DNA of 60,015 nucleotides, filler included, from Callorhinchus milii (Eukaryota): NCBI RefSeq assembly GCF_018977255.1. It is 2 parts of 2 records of this genome, joined end to end, with 100 filler letters (N's around TTAATTAATTAA, not from the genome) between each part and the next. Parts side by side here need not be neighbours in the genome. Positions count along the whole stretch, not along the records: positions 30,077 to 60,015 come from NW_024705638.1; 1 more part is not named here. One strand, 5' to 3'. Shown piece by piece: positions 38,820 to 48,889 of this stretch (position 1 is its first letter; each line of letters starts with the position of its first letter). The notes under the pieces were generated by a model. It saw only the letters and a program-made list of their open reading frames with translations, ran no database searches and was not told where the DNA came from. The position numbers and the translations under genes were made by a program.

Positions 38820-39600
38820 CTCCTGTCCGAGGTCATCAACCTATTCTTGTCCACCAGTTCAGTTCCCAACTCCCTAAAAACAGCCATCAGCACCCCCATC
38901 CTGAAAATACTTCCCTAGACCTATCCCTCCTCTCCAGCTACGCACCATCTCTAAACTCCCATTCCTCTCCAAGGTCCTAGAACGAGTCATCGAGTCCCAG
39001 CTCCGCTATTTTCTTTCTAGCCATACCCTCTTTGAACCCCTCCAATCCGGCTTCCGCGCTGCCCACAGCACAGAAACAGCCCTGGTCAAAGCCACTAATG
39101 ACATTCTGAATATCTGTGATCAGAGCACCGTCTGCCTCCTTGTCCTCCTCCACCTCTCTGCTGCCTTCGACACTGTCGACCACTCCATCCTCAAACACCA
39201 CCTCTCCTCTTTACTTACTCTTCGCAGATCTGCCCTTGACTGGATCGAATCCTATCTCTCTCACCGTCTCCACTTTGTTGCCTCTAATGGATTCTTCTCC
39301 AGCCCCCGCACTGTCACGTTTGGCGTCCCCCAGGGCTCTGTCCTTGGCCCTCTCCTCTTTAATATCTACATGCTCCCCCTTGGTGATATCATCCGCTGAA
39401 AATGGATCAACTCTGCAGCCCGTGTGCTCTTCCGCACCAAACTCCGTGACATCATCGCCCCCATTCTCGCCCGACTCCATTGACCACCTATCCTTCAGAG
39501 GATCCAGATCAAGATCCTTTTCCTCACCTCCAAAGCCCTCCATGGCCTTGCCCCACCCTACCTCTGCGAACCCTAACCCTCTACCAACCCGCAATCTCCG
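38820..39600 (+). mobile_element. L2-clade LINE reverse-transcriptase fragment
   Basis: QSGFRAAHSTETAL..LSAAFDTVDH..FGVPQGSVLGPLLFNIYMLP. Confidence 0.9.
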
Positions 39601-40498
39601 ACAGTGTAACAAACCCCAACACTTCATTCGAGCATCAGCTTTGACTATGTGTTTCTTTGTCCCGATGTGGGAATGGAACCCACAACCTTCTGACTCAGAG
39701 GTGCCATCGTTACTACTGCGCCAGTGAATTGAGGATTTTGTTTGAGACGGTGCAGAATTTTGATCGCACTGTAAATGTCCGGTGAATCTGGAGCTACACG
39801 CCTGCGCAGTACACAGTGATGGCCTGGAGTGCTGGATGGGCAGTGTAGACGGAGCTTTACTCCTCAGCAACATTTACACAGTGCTCCTCACATAGGATAG
39901 CGTCCCAGAGCGCTTGACGTGGCTGAGCACGATGCCGAGCCGGGGGGAGGGGGAGGTGAACGTCGGCACTGTCAAAGAGGAAGTTCTTCAGGCAGGACCT
40001 GAAGGTGGGGAAGGATGGGACAAGCCAGAGCGATAGAGGAAGAGTGGTCCAGAGTTTCAGGGCACAGTGGATGGTGGGACGGAGAGAACAATGGGCAAAC
40101 AGGAGCCAGTCGAGCGGAGGTGGAGCGCTGTAGGTTCGTGGTAAGCATTTCGGAGGGATAGGGTGGTGCCAAGTCATGAAGGGATTTGAATACGAGTGCG
40201 AGGATCATGAACTTGATGCTTTCAGCGATAGGGAACCAGTGGAGCCTGGCGAGACATGGTGTGTGGTGTGATGCTCACACATGTCTGTATCTAAGCTGTC
40301 CGGTAGCTGACCTGTGAGAGCTGTAATAATAATCGTCATAATAATCCTTGCATTTGATACAGCACCTTATCACATTATTGAGACGTCTCAAATTGCTTCA
40401 CAATTTATACTTTAAATAGGATTGACTGGGCATTGTTTGGTCAAATGTGGCAGCCGATTGCGAACAGCAGTGTCCCACAAACACTCATGGATTCAGCG

Positions 40499-40535
<37 letters not shown>

Positions 40536-40718
40536 TCTCTGAGAAACACAAAGACCAGACTGATCATAAGATGAATGAATGATATTTATTGATTGCCCTC
40601 CGCCCTGTTGTTCAGGGAGGTGGGTTACAAGCTACAGGAGGCTGGTGGCTGAATCTCATCCTTTCTCCTGCGCTGCTGACAGACAGCTCTACATTCCACT
40701 GCCTCAGCTTTTCCTTTT

Positions 40719-41108
40719 TTATGTGCAGCAAATGCCCCCAACATCAGAGCAATATCCAACACGTCTCTGTGTTGCCAGACAAGAATCCGCGGACACTCCT
40801 CCACGAAATTCACAAAACCAGGACATCGATCTTATTGTACCTGCATTTTGGCCTCACCCTGAACAGATATACTCAGTTATACAGCGCCGCTCACGCCACA
40901 CGGACTTCTCAGAGCTTCAAAACAGCTCACACTCACACAGCGTCACTTACACCGCACGGATGATGCCTGGGGAGCGAGTCGGGCGGGGAGTGCAGGGCTG
41001 GAGGGGGTTGGTCAGGAGGAGAGAGATGAACATCGGGATTTACTCACATTGACTGGTGACTCCCTGAGCCACGAACAGCACAGAGAGAGTGAACACTAAG
41101 CAGTACAT
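40719..41108 (-). CDS. Beta-defensin-type peptide, copy B (Cys2->Ser; possibly pseudogene)
   Basis: Exon 1 41108-41048 MYCLVFTLSVLFVAQGVTSQ. Exon 2 from the distal AG, 40840-40719, reads CTIRSMSWFCEFRGGVSADSCLATQRRVGYCSDVGGICCT*. The proximal AG (exon start 40858) gives an in-frame TGA at 40856-40854. AATAAA at 40590-40585. Confidence 0.7.
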
Positions 41109-43727
41109 GGTTTCTGGAAGGCTGGAAGCCTTGTAAAGACAGCAGAGACACGTTGGTCAGAGACTGTATGAATTTGTCTGAATATGGCAGGTTTTATCCC
41201 CTTCACATACTGAGGGCAGCGGTTACACGTCAAAGCACTGCGGCTGCTTTCATTGCCCATGTGAGGGGTGTTTCACACTCGGTTAGCAAAATAATGAGTC
41301 ATTTGTGATGATGGAGAGATTCAAGAGAAGGTCCTCCATCCTGCGTTCTAGGCAACAGATAAATTCGCTTGCGGCTGTTTGAGGGGATGTTGTTGGTCAC
41401 AAATTGGCTGCCATGTTGGCCCACAAAACACATGGTCACTACTTTATAGTGAGGAAATACGAGGGGATTCGATCGGATGGACAAGAAGAAACTATTTAAA
41501 ATGGCGGGTGGGTCAGTAACCCGAGAACTCCGTTTTAAAATAGCTGTTAAAAGAAACAGAGGTGAGGTGAGGAGAAATGTTTTCACACAGCGAGTTGTTG
41601 GGATCTGGAAAGTATTGCTTGAAAGGCTGGTGGAAGCCAATTCAATGACAACTTTTAAGAGGGAAGTAGATATTTATTTGGGGATGACAAGTTTGCAGGG
41701 CAATGGGGAGAGAGTGGGGTAGTGGGATTGAATTGGATAGGTTTTTCACAGACCCGGAACAGAAACGAGGGGCCAATTGGCCTCATTCTGTGCTGTATAA
41801 TTCAATAATTCTACGATATGACGAAAATGTTGCTGTTCGAGAAGTAGTTGATGTAATTGCGATTAGCACTGATGGTAACAATTGATCCCAACATTTTTCC
41901 TTTTCAGTGATAAATTTGCAACATGGTTTTTAGATTTGAGTCCATACTTTCCACTATTCCCGATGATTGAGGATGGTGCAATATGGAATTCCTACGTAAT
42001 TCCAGCAACTGCGTTGCATATCCCATCACCTTTCTTGTAAAGTGGGTCCTTTGATTCGAATTAATGGCATCAGGCTATTTGTTGTAGTCGCTTTAATGTA
42101 GAAGCGCTGATTGATGTCCATACGTGAGCGCATCATGTACTTGTTGTAATACAATACCTCTCAGCCACACACCTTATTCTATGCAAAAACCCAGATACTG
42201 TGATGATGGGTTAGACACACACTCAGTGGGAGCAGAGCTGGTAACATCCAGACATGACAATACTGACTCTCTCCTCACCATGTTACCCAACTCTTCCCTA
42301 ACCAAGAGGCAGATTATTCATGACTCTATTTTTTCACCTCTCCTTGCTACCCCCAGACCCCTGATATTCTGTCAGTTTGCCTGTCAGACCTCAGGAGCTG
42401 GATGAGCGCAAATTTCCTTCAGCTGAACGTTGACAAAATGGAAGCCATTCTTTTTGGCTCTCATCAACATCTAAAATCTCACAGTTCTCACGTCATCCAC
42501 ATTTCCGACCTCGCCATAAAACTCTCTGAACCCGTACGCAACCCCAAATTATCCTTACTCCCCCACATCTGGTACTGAACCAGCACTGCTTTCTTCCACC
42601 TCCAACACATATCTCCACCAATACATCTCTACGAAAGACGCTGAAACCCTGGACCATGCCTTTGTCACCTCTCGGCTGGACTACTCAAACGCCCTCCTCA
42701 CCGGTCTCCCCTCCATAAAATCCTAAAACACTACCATCCATAATATCCAGATTATACAAAATCTGCACCTGCATTCTCACCGGCACCAAACTCCGCTCCA
42801 CGATTACCCCAGTCCTTGCCAGACTGCGCTGGCTGCCTTTCCCAGAGAGGAACAACTTCAAGATCCTTACCGTTGTTTTCAAATCCGTCCACTCCTCTGC
42901 ATCCCGCAACTTCCGAGTCCCCCGAGTACTCCGCTCCACCCTCGGTGGCCGTGCCTTCAGCCACTACGTCCTGAGGCTCTGGAACTCCCTTCCTCAATCC
43001 CTTCACCTCGTCCCCTCTCTTCCTATTTTCAAGTCTCGGCTGAAGAGCTTTCTTTTCGACTGCGGCTTTGATCAACTTCCTCCCCATCCCCCTGGCTCGG
43101 CCCCGGGATCCTTTAATGTAAAGCGCTCTGAGACGCCGTCTGGCATGGAGGGGGCTATATAAATCCAAGTTGTTGTTGTTGTTGACTCTGCAGCTCGTGT
43201 CCTCTCCTGCACTAAGCTCTATGACCCCATCACCCCCATCCTCGCCGGGCTCCACTGGCTCCCCATCCCCCCGAGGATAGAGTTCAAGATCCTCATCCTC
43301 CCCTTCAAATGCCTCCACGGTCTTGTCCCGAACTACACCTGTGACCTCCTAAACCCTACTGTAGGATTCTGCAATTAATGTGTTAAATAATATCTCATAT
43401 TTGCAATGTTTATATATTTGAGATTTATGATCAATACCATAACATATGATGGGAAGCGGATGTGAGTTGCGTCGCAGAATATGCTTTCGTAATGATGACA
43501 ATCAAAAAACAACAAACTTTTCATTCCTTAAATGACTCATCATTTTGCAAACGGAGTGTGAAACACCCCTCACATTGGCAATGAAAGCAGTCGGAGTGCT
43601 TTGCATATGTCACCGCTGCCCTCAGTATGTGAAGGGGATAAATACCTCTCATATTCAGACAACTTCATACAGTCTCTGACCAACGTGTCTCTGCGGTCTT
43701 TACAAGGCTTCCAGACTTCCAGAGACC

Positions 43728-44111
43728 ATGTACTGCTTAGTGCTCGCTCTCTCTGTGCTGTTCCTGTCTCAGGGAGTCACCAGTCGACGTGAGTAAACAC
43801 CAATGTTCGTCTCTCTCCTCCTCACCGACCCCCTCCAGCCCTGCACTCCCCGCCCGACTCGCTCCCCACACATCATCCGCGCGGTGTGAGTGACGCTGTG
43901 TGAGTGTGAGCTGTTGTGAAGCTCTCAGACGTCCGTGTGGTGTGAGCGATTTTGTATAACTGAGTTTAACTGTACAGATAAAGTTCGACGTCCGATACGG
44001 TTGTCGTTCAGGGATTGTGAATCCCGTGGAGGAATTTGTGCGGATTCGTGTCTGACAACACAGAGATATATTGGACGTTGCTCTGATGTTGAGAGCATTT
44101 GCTGCATATAA
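43728..44111 (+). CDS. Beta-defensin-type peptide, copy C (2 exons, 64 aa, intact)
   Basis: Exon 1 43728-43788 MYCLVLALSVLFLSQGVTSR; exon 2 43978-44111 HKVRRPIRLSFRDCESRGGICADSCLTTQRYIGRCSDVESICCI*. TATA-like GATAAATA ~90 nt upstream of the ATG; AATAAA at 44245-44250. Confidence 0.88.
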
Positions 44112-44325
44112 AGAAGGCAAAGCTGAGGCAGCGGAATGGAGCGCTGTCTGTCACCAGCGCAGGAGAAAGGATGGGATTGTCAATGTCTCAGCCACCGGCC
44201 TCCTGTAGCTTGTAACCCACTCCCTGAACAACAGGGCGGAGGGCAATAAATAAATATCATTCATCTCATGATCAGTCTGGTCTTTGTGTTTCTGGGAGAG
44301 TGTGAGAGAGAGAGAGAGAGAGAGA

Positions 44326-44361
<36 letters not shown>

Positions 44362-45366
44362 TCCCTGAATCCTTGACTGTTTGTGGGATGCAATCAGATG
44401 CCAAATTTTGCCAAAACAATGCACAGTCAATCGTTTTTACAGTTTATATTGTGAAGCAATTTGAGACATCTCAACAACAGGATAAGGCGCTATATCAAAC
44501 ACAAGGAATATTATTATTGTTATTACAGCTCTCCCAGGTCAGCTACAGCACGGGGTAGATACAGACACGGCTGAGCATCACACCACACACCAGGTCTAGT
44601 CGGGCTCCACTGGTTTCCAACGGCCAAAAGCATTGATTTTAAGATCCTCGCGCTCGTTTTCCAATCCCTTCATGCCCTGCACCACGCTACGTCTCCGACC
44701 TGCTTACCGTCCATCCTACAACCCGCTGCCTCCGCTTGACTGACACCTAATTGTCCATAGTTCCTCCATTGGTGGCCGCGCTTTCAACCACCACTCCCCG
44801 AAACTCTGGAACACTGTTCCTCTACCTCTCCGGCTTATCCACTCCTTCCCCGTCTTCAGGTCGCACCTGAAGAACTTCCACTTTGACCGTCCCAATTGTC
44901 AACTTCCCCTCTCCGCTGGCTCGGCATCGTGCTCTGCCACTGTCAAGCACTCTGGGAAGCTAACGTACGTGAGGAGCGCTGTGTTAATGAAAGTTAATCT
45001 GAGGCTTAAGACCATCACCTTGAAGTTTAAGGGGCAGCAAAGATTGATAAAAAACTCTGTATTTCAGTGTGAATTTGGAAATCGTTCTCCTGCAGTTTAT
45101 ATATAGAAACCCAACTCCAAATACCATCTGACTTTTACACGACGATCAAAATTCTACAAAGTCCTGAAAAAAATCCTCCATTCACTGAGGCAGTGGTAGC
45201 GCTCTCGCCTCTGAGTAAGAAGGTTGTGGGTTTCAGTCCCACTTCGTGTCTTGGAAACACACAGTCTAAGCCGATGCTCCAATGCAGTTCTGGGGGTTGG
45301 GAATACACTGTCGGAGGCGCTGTCCTTTGGATGAGATGTTAAACCATATTCCAGTCTGTCAGCTCA

Positions 45367-45985
45367 GGACTGACACACAGTGACTGAGAGACACTGACAC
45401 ACAGTGACTGAGCGACACTGACACACGGTGACTGAGCGACACTGACACACAGTGACTGAGCGACACTGACACACAGTGACTGAGCGACACTGACACACGG
45501 TGACTGAGCGACACTGACACACAGTGACTGAGCGACACTGACACACGGTGACTGAGCGACACTGACACACGGTGACTGAGCGACACTGACACACAGTGAC
45601 TCAGCGACACTGACACACAGTGACTCAGCGACACTGACACACAGTGACTCAGCGACACTGACACACAGTGACTGAGCGACACTGACACACAGTGACTCAG
45701 CGACACTGACACACAGTGACTGAGCGACACTGACACACAGTGACTCAGCGACACTGACACACAGTGACTGAGCGACACTGACACACAGTGACTGAGCGAC
45801 ACTGACACACAGTGACTGAGCGACACTGACACACAGTGACTCAGCGACACTGACACACAGTGACTCAGCGACACTGACACACGGTGACTCAGCGACACTG
45901 ACACACGGTGACTCAGCGACACTGACACACGGTGACTCAGCGACACTGACACACGGTGACTGGGCTGAGCTGACACAGTGACGGA
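45367..45985 (-). repeat. 24-bp minisatellite, longest paralogous array
   Basis: Reverse complement of the same unit. Confidence 0.95.
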
Positions 45986-48499
45986 GCCAGACTGATACCC
46001 AGTGTCTGGGCCATGGTAGTTCTCTCGGGCTGCTGTTACCATCTCTGCTCTCGCTGAGTGCGTGTCTGAGGGTCTTGGAACAAAAGTGGCCACACAGTGT
46101 CACAAAATGGGATCCAGCCATATTTTAGCCATCTTTGGAACAAGTGGCCACAGTAATCTCTGGGGATAAAGCTGTAGATTTAAAAATGTGCCCATGACAC
46201 TGATGTGGAAATAATACAAACTATCGAAAATTAAATTCTAAAGTTTCCGTGAATAATCACTATTCAAACCATAGATCAGATTGAAGTGTCAAACAAGGTT
46301 TGCTGTTCTACAAAGATTTTTGTGTGGTTCCGAAAATGTTTCGGAATAATATTTTACGACAAGTACATGATGCTCCCACTTCTGGACATCAATCCAGGTC
46401 TACTGTGTTACAACGACTACAACAAGTATCCTGGTGGTCTAATTGTGCAGAAAATGTAAAACATTGTTGTGTAAATCGCCTAATTGGTGCACAAATTAAC
46501 TGTGCCTCACGTAAATTTTCAAAAAAGCATTGGTGGAACATACCAGACCAGTGGAGGGTCCATTGACATTATTGCACATTGATTTTATTGATCCACTTCT
46601 TTCAACACCTCGTAAAATCCGTTATGTATTACTGGTAACTGATACATTCACAAAATGAGCTGAAGTATTTCCAATACCTCATAATACTGCACAAGCGACT
46701 GTAAACATTTCAGTGAATCATATAGTCACTTGATTGGGCTTCAAACAGGTATTGATTATTGCCTTCAAACAGGTATTGACAGGTATCACCCCTCACGCTG
46801 CTGAAACACTGGTCCACTCCTTTGTCACCTCAAGGCTGGACTATGGGAACTCTCTCCTCGTCGGCCTTCCCGGCACCTCCCTCCACAAGCTGCAGGTCAT
46901 GAGGAACTCTGCAGCTCATGTACTGTCCCGCACCAGGCTTCGCAACCACATCACTCCCACCCTCGCTCGCCTCCACTGGCTCCCCATCCCCCAGAGGATT
47001 GAATTCAAGATCCGCACCTTCACCTACAAGGCCATTCACGGCCTCGCCCCCTCCTACCTCTCCAACCTACTTTCCCCCTACGTACCTGCCTGTACCCTCC
47101 GTTCCTCTGGCTCCGGTCTGCTCCACATCCCCCGCCCCAACTGCCCGACCATTGGTAGCCGGGCTTTCAGCCTCTCAGCCCCGAGGCTCTGGAACTCCAT
47201 CCCCCAGTTCCTTCGCCGCTTCCTCCCTTTCCTCCTTCAAGGCCGGTCTCAAGACCTTTCTCTTCAACCGTGCCTTCAGCTCCCCACTCGACTCTCTACC
47301 ACCTCCTCGCTCCCACTCTTCCCTCCCCTCACCCTGACCATTTCCCCACTGCTCGGGTACCGACCCAACTGTCCAGCACCTTGGGACATCCTCCAGATGC
47401 GAAAGTCGCTCTATAAATGCAATCTTGCTGTTGTTGTTGTTGTTGATTGAGATCAAGGGTCTCACTTTACATGAAAGATAATGGGATGTGTAATGCAGTT
47501 GCTGGAATTACACAGGAATTCCATATTGCACCATCATCAATCATCGAGAATAGTGGAAAGTATGGACTCAAATCTAAAAACCATACAGCGCAAATTTATC
47601 ACTGAAAAGGTAAAATGTTGGGATCAATTGTTACCAACAACAAAAAACGACAAGATTACATTTGTACAGCGCCTTTCATGTCAGGAGGATGTCCCAAAGC
47701 GCTGGACAGAGAACAGCATTTCACATTAATTAGCACTAATTTCCATTAGTGCTAATCGCAATTAGATCAACACCTTCTCAGAGAGCAACATTTCCACCAT
47801 ATGATAGAATTATTGGATTGTACAGCACAGAAGGAGGCCAATCGGCCCCTCGTGTCTGTGCCAACTCTTTGAAAAGAATAATCTAATTCAATCCCACTCC
47901 CCCACTGTCTCCCCATAGTTCTGCAAACTTGACCTCCACAAATAATTAACTACTTCTCTCTAAAAAGCTGTGATCGAATCGGCTTCCACCAGCCTTTCAT
48001 GCAATGCACTCCAGATCCCAACAAATTCTTGCAGATTACCGCACCTCTGTTTAATTTAACAACTGTTTCAAATTGGAGTCCTCGGGTTACCAACCAGCCC
48101 GCTAGTTCAAATACGTTCTCCCTGACCATCCGATCGAATCCCCTCATAATTCTTCACTGCAAAGTGCAGTGACTGTGTGGTTTGTGGGCCAACATGGCAG
48201 CCAATTGGAGCCCAAGAACGTCTCATCAAACAGCCACAAGCGAATTGTCTTTGGCCCAGAACACAGGATGGAGCACAATCTCTTGTATCTCTCCATCATC
48301 ACAAATGACTCATTATTTTGCTAACCGAGTGTGAAACACCCCTCACTTTGGCAATGAAAGCAGTCGGAGTGCTTTGCACGTGTAACCACTGTCCTCAGTA
48401 TGTGAAGGGGATAAAACCTGCCATATTCAGACAACTTCATACAGTCTCTGACCAACGTGTCTCTGCGGTCTTTACAAGGCTTCCAGACTTCCAGAAACC

Positions 48500-48889
48500 A
48501 TGTACTGCTTAGTGCTCGCTCTCTCTGTGCTGTTCATGGCTCAGGGAGTCACCAGTCAACGTGAGTAAATCCCAATGTTCGTCTCTGTCCTCCTCACCAA
48601 CACCCTCCAGCCCTGCATTCCCCGCCCGACTCGCTCCCCACACATCATCCGTGCGGTGTGAATTACGCTGTGTGAGTGTGAGCTGTTGTGAAGCTCTGAG
48701 ACGTCCGCGTGGTGTGATTGGCTATGTATAACTGAGTATATCAGTGCAGGGTGAGGTGAATATGCAGGTACAATAAGATCGACGTCCTGGATTTGTGAAT
48801 TGCATGGAGGGGTTTGTGCGGATTCGTGTCTGGCATCACAGAGACATGTTGGAGATTGCCTTAGTGTTGTGGGCATTTGCTGCGTATAA
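48500..48889 (+). CDS. Beta-defensin-type peptide, copy D (six Cys intact; acceptor-dependent UGA)
   Basis: Exon 1 48500-48560 MYCLVLALSVLFMAQGVTSQ. Exon 2 from the distal AG, 48768-48889, reads RTIRSTSWICELHGGVCADSCLASQRHVGDCLSVVGICCV*. The proximal AG (48750) gives TGA at 48752-48754. The 3' UTR is cut at ~48955 by a LINE fragment. Confidence 0.75.

Noticed and set aside
45339..46121. Cys-rich repeat ORFs (AQSLCVSV)n and a CRISPR-like regular array
   Set aside because: Head-to-tail 24-bp minisatellite with no unique spacers, open in several frames, in eukaryotic DNA.
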